Source: Cylindrospermopsis raciborskii Cr2010 (lineage in GTDB: Bacteria > Cyanobacteriota > Cyanobacteriia > Cyanobacteriales > Nostocaceae). From it: a stretch of DNA of 32,000 nt. The notes under the pieces were generated by a model. It worked only from the letters and a program-made list of their open reading frames with translations. It made no database searches and had not been told where the DNA came from. The stretch lies in NCBI RefSeq assembly GCF_003367075.2, contig NZ_CP065936.1, positions 690,001 through 722,000 on the forward strand. Direction: 5' to 3'. A program made the translations under genes and the position numbers. Shown here one piece after another: positions 1 through 8,572 of the stretch (position 1 is its first letter; every line of letters starts with the position of its first letter).

Positions 1-293
1 GAGGAGTGAAAAGGTTAGGGATAGATGAAATAGCCTTGGTCAAAGGACAAGGAAACTATTTAGCAGTATTGGTAGATTTAGATACTCGAAAACCTATCGA
101 AATAGTGAAAACAAGAAGGATAGAAGATATACGTGAAGTCCTTACAGGGTGGGGATTAGAGGCACTGGAGCAAATACAAGAAGTGAGTATTGATATGTGG
201 TCTCCTTACAAAAGTTTGGTAGAAGAATTAATGCCCAATGCTAATATAACAGCAGATAGATTTCATGTAATGAAACAGGTAAATGATGAATTA
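1..293 (+). pseudogene. ISL3-family transposase, central fragment, broken at 293/294 by an IS insertion
   Basis: The frame is open from the window edge. GIDEIALVKGQGNYLAVLVDLDTRKPIEIV...SIDMWSPYKSLVEE...ADRFHVMKQVNDEL is the conserved DDE core region of ISL3 transposases. Confidence 0.8.
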
Positions 294-1434
294 GACATCT
301 CCGGAAATAGCCAAAGCGTTACCAATACTACTTTTTAAGGTGAGACACCCCAATACAAAAGTAGCTAGCTGGTATGTTAAAATAAGCGTTAGAGATGCCT
401 CTTGTTGGGAATTAACCAAAAGATAACACCTATCTGAGATAATTTATTTTTAGCCAAGTCCAAATCTTGATAACTAAAATAAGTAGGTTCCCATTCGGAA
501 ACGAACAAGTCCACAAATAGTCATGATTACCTGTTCATACTTACTTGAATTTAATCGAAATCTTTCTTGTGCCACTCTGAATATTTTCACTACACGAATT
601 AAATGTTCAACAAAAATTCGTTCGGAAGCTAACTCTTTATTTTTTTCTTTTTGTTCAGACGTTAATTCTTGGTTTTTAGGTTTTTTTGTCGGAGTTTTCA
701 TTAACTCCTCTCCTTGATAAGCTTTATCACCACTAAATTTTTGTTTTTTATCAAATATATTTCTGGTTTCACGGAATAAATTTACATCACTTTTTGGACC
801 AGGTTTACCCGCTACTACATCAACAATATCTTTACCATTTGGTAAAACGATTAGTTGACTTTTTCTAGTATGACAGGCTTTTTTACCTGAATAATATTTT
901 TTTTGTTCTTGGTACTCTCCAGGTCTGTCTATAGGCTGTTCATAGCTATCCACTATTAACTCAAATTCTGTTAATATTTCTTTAACGACTTCGTAATCAC
1001 TGGAGTTTTTTTTTACCTGTTCTAGCAAACTTGGTGGCAATAATTCTCCTATTATTGGCAACCAATAGTTAAAGATATCATTTGCAGTTGTTTCACTTAC
1101 TCCAAATTGAATACCTAGTAGCTGAAATGTTGTTAACTGCCGTAAATATGTTAATGTTAAGATTATTTGCTCCGACGGTGATAATTTGGGTTTGCGCCCT
1201 CCACCGCCTTGAATAATTCGGGTTTTTTTTGATTCAACCAATTGTTGTTTCTGATGATGCAGTTTTATGGCTTTTTCCAAAAGTTGCTGTAACTGCTCAT
1301 ACTTCAGACCCAATAAACGGTGTGATTCGTGAGGATTATTCTGGATATATTCAGATATGTTGCTCATAATAAGTTGCCAAAAATACCATTTCATATTATT
1401 TTATCACACTTTGATTCTTTTTCGGAGATGTCTA
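294..1434 (-). mobile_element. IS5/PIF-Harbinger-like insertion sequence (about 1.14 kb) inserted into the ISL3 transposase gene
   Basis: Terminal inverted repeats are GACATCTCCG at 294-303 and CGGAGATGTC at 1423-1432, extendable to TAGACATCTCCG. The element is flanked by TA (292-293 and 1433-1434) or TTA (291-293 and 1435-1437). Removing it restores an in-frame ISL3 ORF (..VNDEL(L)DNMRK..). Confidence 0.85.
474..1394 (-). CDS. DDE transposase (HTH_Tnp_4 + DDE_Tnp_4 type; IS5/Harbinger-like)
   Basis: 306-aa ORF. An N-terminal HTH region is followed by DDE-type motifs: LIVDSYEQPIDRP, YYSGKK..H, GKPGPKSDVNLF, FSGDKAYQG and RIFVEHLIRVVKIF. It fills the element bounded by the inverted repeats. 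Confidence 0.85.
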   Translation of the reverse strand: MKWYFWQLIMSNISEYIQNNPHESHRLLGLKYEQLQQLLEKAIKLHHQKQQLVESKKTRIIQGGGGRKPKLSPSEQIILTLTYLRQLTTFQLLGIQFGVSETTANDIFNYWLPIIGELLPPSLLEQVKKNSSDYEVVKEILTEFELIVDSYEQPIDRPGEYQEQKKYYSGKKACHTRKSQLIVLPNGKDIVDVVAGKPGPKSDVNLFRETRNIFDKKQKFSGDKAYQGEELMKTPTKKPKNQELTSEQKEKNKELASERIFVEHLIRVVKIFRVAQERFRLNSSKYEQVIMTICGLVRFRMGTYLF

Positions 1435-1926
1435 TTAGATAATATGCGTAAAACAGAGAAGAAAGCAGCAACATCTTTACCAAATGAATCAGGAAAAAAG
1501 AGAATATTAGCTGGATTAAATAAAAGTAAATATAGCCTAATTAAAAATGAAGACTCACTCAACGAAGAGCTAAAAGAACGTTTAAAATCAGTCCAGTCAG
1601 TTTCTCCCACTCTAGCCAAGATGCACTCCTTAAAAGAAAAATTCAGAGAAATCTTTGAACTCTCCACAAATTGGGGAGACAGCATCATTGATTTATTAGA
1701 TTGGATGCACGATGCCAAGTCTTTTTTCCCAAAAACTATTGGGACTATGATTAGATGGTTTGGAGAAATAGTCGGTTATTTTGATGGCAGAACTACGAGT
1801 GGTACTGTGGAAGGTATTAATAATAAACTCAAGTTGATTAAACGACTGGGATATGGATTTCGTAACTTCAACAATTTTCGTTTACGCAGTTTATTACACT
1901 GGCACTTTTCTATTAATTCTCCATAA
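1435..1926 (+). pseudogene. ISL3-family transposase, C-terminal fragment
   Basis: ..LDWMHDAKSFFPKTIGTMIRWFGEIVGYFDGRTTSGTVEGINNKLKLIKRLGYGFRNFNNFRLRSLL is the typical ISL3 transposase C-terminus (TSG.VEG.NNK.K..KR..YGFRN). The annotated Met at 1357 lies inside the inserted IS and is an artefact. Confidence 0.85.
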
Positions 1927-1981
1927 AACAGGCGCAAGAACCAATTAGTCTAAAGTCCAAGTCTTTACCCATGTATCAAAT

Positions 1982-4900
1982 TCAAACTATTCTTTCTATT
2001 ACAACATAGGTAGAAAATTTGACACAATACTTGCCGCCTTTTTTGACCAAAAAATTCATACCCATGTCAAAGATGACCTTATATTCCTTGTCATCTTTAA
2101 GGTGGATTTTTAGAGTACGTCCGTGAGGAACTTCATAACGTTTACAAGATGGTTTTACATCCACTTTTAAATTATCCTTGTTACCTTGAAGTCGAGAAAA
2201 AACTTTTGTCAAATCGTGCTGGAGATTGTTAGTTTCATCATCATTAGCAGTTACAATATTTACAATAGATTGGTCATCGAAATTGCTTACTTGCAAGAGG
2301 TCAACAAGAATTTCAGAACCAGGCACCTTCAAGTAGCGATCAGAATAAACAACCTTTGACACCATACTTCCCAATAAAACCGCCTCTATTCCGAGTTTTT
2401 TTCTTAATTCTGATATGCTGAAATCATTGCGCCACTCTCTTTCAGAAGGATTTATAGAAATCACAGTAGTATTTGGGTCTTCAAACTCAGAAGTTTCAAC
2501 TATTCTTGCTTGAGAACGTAAATTTTCTAAGCGAGTAAAAACTGTTGCGACCCCTTCTCTACTTCGCGTTTGAAACCATACAGACGGTTTACCTTTTGCA
2601 GACAGATGTAATGAGAATGCAGTGCCGTTGTTTTTGTTATAATTTAAACATAGAGTTGGACCCGACTCAACAGGGGACTGATAAAGTTTTACTAAACCTT
2701 GGTCTATCCACTCCTGTAAGCGTTTTTGCCATACTTTTAGGTGACTCTGCTTGTTTAACTTTACGTTCTCATCATATAGTGGTAACTTATTAACAATTAG
2801 TTCCAGGGGTTTGTTATGAAGTTTAAGTGAATAAACTACAGTTGTAATTAGATTTAACCAAGATAATGTTGAACCGTTATTCAAACCATATTCATCCGTT
2901 AGTTGTGGCAAATAAATTAGGGTATCTGGTGCAACCGTTCGGCAAAGCGTAGGTAGGTTATCGGCCATTAAAGATAAAGTAACTCGATTGGCATTAGGAG
3001 CAAAGTTTTGCAAATCGGTATCTGGACTTACTTGCTCCACTATAGGCATGAGAAAATCTGCTACTAAGTGGCGGTTTAATTGGGTATGAAATGGCTGGTT
3101 GGAATAAGTTTGCAGACAGTCATAACAACTGGTTTCACAAGTACAGGATACAACAATTTTCAGTGCCATTTTCAAAACTTCATCAAAACATTCAGCAATT
3201 CGGCGACTATATCCTGCTCCCCCCGGAACATCGTCATAAATAATAATGTTGGCACATCTATCTTTTCGTGGTTCAAATAAACCATTTAATTCGGAGCGAG
3301 GCACATCAATGACTTGAGATGATGCTGCTAACAATGCATAAGTAAGAGAACGCCAAAACTCCAAACCTCGAGTGTGATTTTTGAGATTAGTCATAATTTC
3401 CCCGTCATCTTCGTATTCTCCATCCCCACCAAATAAAGGTATAGGGTTTGTTCTGGCATTAAAAGCTACCTTCAGCAAATCACTGCAAAATTCATGTCCC
3501 AGATGTATAAAAGAGTATCTACCTCTACCTTCACAAAATTTACCTGTAATGGGATGAGTATGAGTATAAGTAATTAGTGATGATTGAGAATTCCTTGAGG
3601 AATTTTTACCAGATCCTTTTTTGCTTTTTTTATTATTATCCCGTTCTTTCCGAACTAAATCACTGAGGTCACGTCCACAGAAATCACAAATTGCAAACCC
3701 CTGCTTATCAAAACCTTTACCATTTCCCAAAGAACCCTGATTTGCTAGGAAAAAATTTCCTCCTTTGCTAACAGTAAGACTGTAAAGTTCTGAAGGGTGA
3801 AGGGTTTCTGAAGTGTCCCCGTCATTGATTAAGAAAATTTGCGATATGGGTTGACGCTGTGGTTTAATGTACGGTGTAACTTTGGGAACATTTTCCCAAT
3901 CAGTTAAAAATGTTTTAGGAATTTTGTAAAGCTTCTTTTTTTTGGCAGCAGATGAAGATGGTTCACGTCTGCAAACCGGACAGTTCTCTACTGGATCATC
4001 TTGTTTATCAGAACGAATAAAATAATTACAGTTCTGACAAACCCAATAATATTTATTTTCTAGTTCTCTGGGTTTGAGAATACCAACACTTTTATAAACT
4101 CGGTCATCAACAACTATTTCCTGATCTGGAGCGTATTCACCAAGTGCAAGACGACGATCTCGTTCTAATCTATGTCTTCCTTCTTTTGGGGAATTATAGA
4201 CATTACTCTCTCCAGTTAAAAGACGAACCACATCAATTGGAAAACCATAAATGGGTAAAATACTGGCTTGTGCTAGTTCATTATGTAGGAGACGATGAGC
4301 AATTTTTTCGATTTCAATCTCCAGGGCTTTAATATGATCCAAAGTCTTCTTCCTATCTTTCCTTTCAGAAGGATCGTTGAAACGCTGTTCCAGCTTGTAT
4401 ATGACTTCAGCTAAACTATCCCAATCTTTTAGTTGTTGCTCCTGAAACTTATCAAGCTCCTGGGCAAATTCATCTATTATTGTGTTAGTTTGGTTTTCTG
4501 AAGCACCTAACCGATTTAACCAAAGTGCAGTGAGACTTGCTACTACATCAGTTCTCAGCCAAGCTTGTAATTTACAAATCATGGCTTCAACAGAAGGAAT
4601 CAATTTTTCAGAAGCAGCTGGATTTTCTCTTGGTAAATCTGGTAAATCCAAAAATTTTGCTATCGTCACTTCTTCAGCACTCAAATTCCAATTGTTTCGC
4701 AAGAAGTCAGCTAATAATTCAGCTCGAATATGACGCTGCTGTATTTGGAAGTTGTCAGAATCGAGCTTGGGAATTTGATTGTTACCAGCAATTAACTGTT
4801 TGGGTTGCTCAAAATAAAAGCGGTCATGGGGACGACGTTGGCCATACATCAATGTAATAGCTACACCATCTGTGCGACGACCAGCACGTCCAGCACGCTG

Positions 4901-7900
4901 TTGGTAATTGTTAACATGGGGAGGAAAGTTACGGAGGACTACTGCTTGCAGTTCACCAATATCCACACCCATTTCTAATGTTGTTGAACAACTTAGCATA
5001 TTGATACGACCTTGGCGAAAACGATTTTCACGTTTTTCTAGTTCCGCAGGGCTAAGTTGTGCTGTATGTTCTTGCGCTCGTAGTGCCAAGGGTGAGTGCT
5101 TTGTGATTAAGTACTTTTGGTAATGTTCAGTTATGGACTGTTCAATTTTTTCAGGAGTATGAGGCTCAAGAGTTCCAGGACATTTATAAGCTGGACATAT
5201 TCGTACCCGCAGTTTAGGGTCAGTAATTTTTACTAAACCTGGAATATGAAAAACCTGCTGACAGCAATTGCATTTGTACCAGTCTTGCTGCGTTTCAATA
5301 ATATTTATTAGGTTCCAGTTAAGTTGAAATCCGTTCCTAGCTTTAACAAGTAAGTCAAACTTTTTAAGTTGTTCGAAAAGCCAGATAAAATGTTCTCTTG
5401 TAGGAAATTTTTCTGGCTCAAATATCTTATAAAAATACCAACCTATACGATTCTGTTTTGAACTAGTTTTACCATCTTGATTCCACCGTGGTAAAAAGAC
5501 TGGATAATTCTTTTTAGAATTTTTATTCTCCGGTGGTTTCTCTAGAAACAAATAATTTTTTGATCTACCTTGAACATCTATCATTTCAGGACGACCACCC
5601 TCAAAACCCCCTGTTTCTGGAAAGTAATTAGATGAACCTTCGATACTGACAATTCCAGTGCGGCGAATAATATCTGTCAAAGCGGTCAATATAATAATAG
5701 CTTCATTGTTAGTTATTGCAAATTTACTTGCAACCAATTCAATCAGGTTATTGTCTAAGTCTATATGACAAGTTAACAGTGCAAACGCTTCTAGAGTTAA
5801 ACGACGATTAAAAGGGAGAGCAAATTCTCTAACTAATATTTCTTTGGCACGTTTCTCAGCTAAAGTTTCTGCATCTATTTTGTTTTTTCTATCTTTCTGT
5901 TCGTCCTCTGGATCCATAGGACGATAGCTTGTGTAATTCAAATCTGATTTTCTGTCAGGATGAGGGATAGAAACTTCTAGAAATTTTCCTTTCAGTTCAT
6001 TAATTACTTGAGTAACAGATGTGACACCCTCATCATTCTTGATTCTTCGAAATGCTCGCCAAAGCATCTGACGATACACTATTTCAGTATGGGTACGTTG
6101 ATAATCTGAAGCAAAAAATGCTGCATCCTGACGACCATCAGAAAAAGTTAACAATTTCCGCTTTGAGGAGTTGTTTCCAATCTTTTCTGGTTCAGGTAGT
6201 AACTCAAAGAGACTATCAAGCATTGCTTCTAATGCTCCATCAGTATAAGTTACAAAGCGGTTAATTGCTAAATTAGTTCGTCCAATGCCAGCACCACAAG
6301 CCGCACATCTATTTAAATAACACCCATCCTGATTTTTATCATCATTTTTACGATGCCATGCTAGATATAATTCATTTTCAGATCGTTCTTTTGGTGCAAA
6401 TTCTTCATTTGATACTTTACCAATCCAGCCATTCTTTTGTAGTTCAAATTTAAAAGTTTTTATGGTTGGTTGTTGATATTCTTCATCCTCATCAATTTCA
6501 TCTTCCTCTGTTATACTGTCTAAATTGCCTGATGTTAATGTATAAATTTTGGTATTTTCCTTCAATGCTTGAATCGCTCTAGGTAAAGATTGCAATTCTC
6601 CAGAATCTTGACGCTGTGTAAATACATAAGCTTGACCGCATTGAGAACAACTGCCCAATTCTAATACGGGGGAAGCACAGCATTCACAAATCTTCTTATC
6701 ATTCAAATAAAGTTGCCCATATCGGACTTGACGCTCTGGATAATCTGGATGGCGCACTACTCCCAAACATTCAGGATTAATACAGGCATAAAGTCCTTCC
6801 AAGCTACGAAATAAAAGATGCAATCTTACTGGTAACAAAGGTAAATCGTCTGGATTCTCACGAGCCAAAGTACCTAATCGAAGTAGGTTAGCTAAAGCTA
6901 CTTTGGCATCGATATCATCAACATTTCCATCTAATTTAATTGGTAAATCTATACCCCATAATTCTTGAGAGCAGACAATTTGCTCCCAAGGTTGAGGGTC
7001 AGTGATCAGTATCTTAATCAGTCGTTGTATTACAGGATGTTGCTTAAGAACTAACCATAGAAATTTGTGGATTTTCCAGCTATGTTCTTTTAATGGCAAT
7101 CCTGCTGCAAGTTGTAAATGTGCTGCTTGTAATTCTTGCTCAGGTACAATAGCACTAAGTTGGTCATACCATTGATTTATTGGAGCATTAATTTCTGGTA
7201 TTTCCAGAATGCTTAAATACTGTAAAATATCTTCACTAATTACTTCATGAGGTAGATTATAAGGATTACCTAATCGGGCTTCAGCAGTGAGACGCTGACC
7301 CCGAATTACTTGACCAAAAGATTCACCAAAAAGTTCTTTTGCAAATTCCAAAACTTGCTTATCAACTGACTCATCCCCTAGGCTAGCACTAGTGGCAATG
7401 CAACGAATTTTACCTTTTTCATTGACTCCTACGGAAGCTTTAAAACGTTCTATAAGCATGGAAACTTCACTACCGGTTGCACCATTATAGGTGTGAGCTT
7501 CGTCTACTACTAACATTTTGAAAATATTTTCCGAAGCATTAAAAATATCTTTTCGCTCCTTCGGGCGAATTAACATATGTTCCAGCATTGAATAGTTAGT
7601 AATCAAAATATGAGGCGGTGAATCCCATATTTCTTGCCGTGATATTAGTTGTACCTGGGTAGTTTTCTCAATAGCTTTGTCAATTAATTCATCTTCTTTT
7701 ACGGATTCTTTTTCATTCTGGTCAAATAATTGCCATAGTTCTTTGGGATCATAAGCCTCAAATTCTTCCCTGATAGATTCTATTGCTTTTTGTTTATCTT
7801 TCTTAGTACGGCTGGTATAAAATCCAAATTTAATTTTGGCTATCTTTTGACGACATAATAGCTGTCGTAACCGTTTAACTTGGTCATTGACCAAAGCGTT

Positions 7901-8353
7901 CATTGGGTATAAAATTAATATGCGAACCCCAGCTAAGGATAAGTTATCTTCTTCCTTCAACAAAGTATTAAGCATAGGTATAATGAAACACTCTGTTTTC
8001 CCTGAACCTGTACCAGTAGCAACGACTATATTTTGCTGGTGTTCGAGAACGGCAAGGATAGCTTTTTCTTGATGTTCGTACAATCGACGATTACTGGGTG
8101 TAAATAGTGTTGCCATCTCAGGATGTAAAACACCTTCGGTAACTAACTGTTCAACACTGCGACTTGAACAATAAGGCTGAGAACCTTCAAGGTAAGGGTG
8201 TTGCCATAGATTTCCTGGTTGCTCTAGTAGCTGTTTGAAGCCATGGCGTAAGTGCGGGTCACGGAGGGGATAGTTTGTGAGTAGGTAGCGGATGAAGTCC
8301 TCACGGGTTTTTTCAACTGCTGCTTTTGGATCTAGATCTAGATATTTAGTCAT
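1982..8353 (-). CDS. Giant SF2 DEAH-box helicase with a zinc-ribbon-rich insertion, a DUF1998/MrfA-type Zn module and a 349-aa unknown C-terminal extension (DruE/DrmAB-like)
   Basis: 2,123-aa ORF. Motifs seen: Walker A ATGTGSGKTECF (about 7994-8020); YPMNALVNDQ; DEAH box VVDEAHTY (about 7492-7515); ATSASL; RecA2 motifs LSCSTTLEMGVDIG and QQRAGRAGRR (about 4871-4907). DUF1998 hallmarks are WVCQNC..CPVCRR, IIYDDVPGGAGYS and CTCETSCYDCL (about 3085-4050). Confidence 0.9.
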   Translation of the reverse strand: MTKYLDLDPKAAVEKTREDFIRYLLTNYPLRDPHLRHGFKQLLEQPGNLWQHPYLEGSQPYCSSRSVEQLVTEGVLHPEMATLFTPSNRRLYEHQEKAILAVLEHQQNIVVATGTGSGKTECFIIPMLNTLLKEEDNLSLAGVRILILYPMNALVNDQVKRLRQLLCRQKIAKIKFGFYTSRTKKDKQKAIESIREEFEAYDPKELWQLFDQNEKESVKEDELIDKAIEKTTQVQLISRQEIWDSPPHILITNYSMLEHMLIRPKERKDIFNASENIFKMLVVDEAHTYNGATGSEVSMLIERFKASVGVNEKGKIRCIATSASLGDESVDKQVLEFAKELFGESFGQVIRGQRLTAEARLGNPYNLPHEVISEDILQYLSILEIPEINAPINQWYDQLSAIVPEQELQAAHLQLAAGLPLKEHSWKIHKFLWLVLKQHPVIQRLIKILITDPQPWEQIVCSQELWGIDLPIKLDGNVDDIDAKVALANLLRLGTLARENPDDLPLLPVRLHLLFRSLEGLYACINPECLGVVRHPDYPERQVRYGQLYLNDKKICECCASPVLELGSCSQCGQAYVFTQRQDSGELQSLPRAIQALKENTKIYTLTSGNLDSITEEDEIDEDEEYQQPTIKTFKFELQKNGWIGKVSNEEFAPKERSENELYLAWHRKNDDKNQDGCYLNRCAACGAGIGRTNLAINRFVTYTDGALEAMLDSLFELLPEPEKIGNNSSKRKLLTFSDGRQDAAFFASDYQRTHTEIVYRQMLWRAFRRIKNDEGVTSVTQVINELKGKFLEVSIPHPDRKSDLNYTSYRPMDPEDEQKDRKNKIDAETLAEKRAKEILVREFALPFNRRLTLEAFALLTCHIDLDNNLIELVASKFAITNNEAIIILTALTDIIRRTGIVSIEGSSNYFPETGGFEGGRPEMIDVQGRSKNYLFLEKPPENKNSKKNYPVFLPRWNQDGKTSSKQNRIGWYFYKIFEPEKFPTREHFIWLFEQLKKFDLLVKARNGFQLNWNLINIIETQQDWYKCNCCQQVFHIPGLVKITDPKLRVRICPAYKCPGTLEPHTPEKIEQSITEHYQKYLITKHSPLALRAQEHTAQLSPAELEKRENRFRQGRINMLSCSTTLEMGVDIGELQAVVLRNFPPHVNNYQQRAGRAGRRTDGVAITLMYGQRRPHDRFYFEQPKQLIAGNNQIPKLDSDNFQIQQRHIRAELLADFLRNNWNLSAEEVTIAKFLDLPDLPRENPAASEKLIPSVEAMICKLQAWLRTDVVASLTALWLNRLGASENQTNTIIDEFAQELDKFQEQQLKDWDSLAEVIYKLEQRFNDPSERKDRKKTLDHIKALEIEIEKIAHRLLHNELAQASILPIYGFPIDVVRLLTGESNVYNSPKEGRHRLERDRRLALGEYAPDQEIVVDDRVYKSVGILKPRELENKYYWVCQNCNYFIRSDKQDDPVENCPVCRREPSSSAAKKKKLYKIPKTFLTDWENVPKVTPYIKPQRQPISQIFLINDGDTSETLHPSELYSLTVSKGGNFFLANQGSLGNGKGFDKQGFAICDFCGRDLSDLVRKERDNNKKSKKGSGKNSSRNSQSSLITYTHTHPITGKFCEGRGRYSFIHLGHEFCSDLLKVAFNARTNPIPLFGGDGEYEDDGEIMTNLKNHTRGLEFWRSLTYALLAASSQVIDVPRSELNGLFEPRKDRCANIIIYDDVPGGAGYSRRIAECFDEVLKMALKIVVSCTCETSCYDCLQTYSNQPFHTQLNRHLVADFLMPIVEQVSPDTDLQNFAPNANRVTLSLMADNLPTLCRTVAPDTLIYLPQLTDEYGLNNGSTLSWLNLITTVVYSLKLHNKPLELIVNKLPLYDENVKLNKQSHLKVWQKRLQEWIDQGLVKLYQSPVESGPTLCLNYNKNNGTAFSLHLSAKGKPSVWFQTRSREGVATVFTRLENLRSQARIVETSEFEDPNTTVISINPSEREWRNDFSISELRKKLGIEAVLLGSMVSKVVYSDRYLKVPGSEILVDLLQVSNFDDQSIVNIVTANDDETNNLQHDLTKVFSRLQGNKDNLKVDVKPSCKRYEVPHGRTLKIHLKDDKEYKVIFDMGMNFLVKKGGKYCVKFSTYVVIERIV

Positions 8354-8451
8354 ACTGATAACTGTTGAATATTAAAAAATCTGGAATAAAATTTGCCTAA
8401 AATATGTTACGACTTGACTTGAGCAATCTATATCAATCACTCATTATACGT

Positions 8452-8480
8452 ATTATACACTCATTTCCGAAAATTGTCAA
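8452..8480 (-). promoter_or_regulatory. Consensus sigma70-type promoter directed at the helicase gene
   Basis: The minus strand reads TTGACA (8480-8475), a 17-nt spacer, then TATAAT (8457-8452), a perfect match to both hexamers with optimal spacing. It lies about 100 nt upstream of the ATG at 8353, within the 219-bp gap after the 304-aa gene. Confidence 0.55.
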
Positions 8481-8572
8481 GGTATAATGTTGAGATTTTC
8501 ACCTTTGATAGGACTACTATAACTCAATATGTAAATATGTGAAGTTTCGTAACAATGTTTGACATTTCTGAG

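Larger units (their letters stand above)
1..1942 (+). mobile_element. ISL3-family insertion sequence, partial (left end is outside the window); its transposase gene is disrupted by a second IS
   Basis: The transposase reading frame runs in from the window edge and resumes in frame at 1435, ending at 1926. The putative right terminal repeat at about 1931-1942 (ggcgcaagaacc; reverse complement GGTTCTTGCGCC) resembles the GGCTCTT-type ISL3 ends. The exact end is uncertain by about 10 bp. Confidence 0.7.

Noticed and set aside
523-1718. ORFs 523-717 (+) and 1404-1718 (-), and the Met start at 1357 of the 189-aa ORF
   Set aside because: The first two are shadows of the two transposase genes. The 1357 start lies inside the inserted IS, so only 1435-1926 is true ISL3 coding sequence.
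2051-2104. HKD-like motif (HLKDDKEYKVIFDMGMNF) at the extreme C-terminus of the helicase, which could suggest a PLD-family nuclease
   Set aside because: Only the H-x-K and a G-x-N resemble the HxK(x)4D(x)6GSxN signature. The conserved Asp and Ser positions do not match, and there is only one copy. This is too weak to call without a profile or structure search.
2545-8072. Plus-strand ORFs of 61-106 aa inside the helicase gene (2545-2793, 3080-3280, 4144-4332, 4482-4733, 4537-4857, 4908-5123, 6052-6264, 7887-8072)
   Set aside because: These are antisense shadow ORFs wholly inside a long, motif-rich CDS. They have low-complexity or odd composition and no RBS context.
8445-8457. 13-nt identity TATACGTATTATA shared between 8445-8457 and 13885-13897
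   Set aside because: It is a short AT-rich near-palindrome, and a single extra copy is compatible with chance. At 8452-8457 it is already explained as the -10 box of the helicase promoter.
8483-8488. Plus-strand TATAAT adjacent to the helicase promoter, a possible divergent or antisense promoter
   Set aside because: There is no acceptable -35 element or TG extension upstream on the plus strand, and the only downstream plus-strand target would be antisense to the 304-aa gene.
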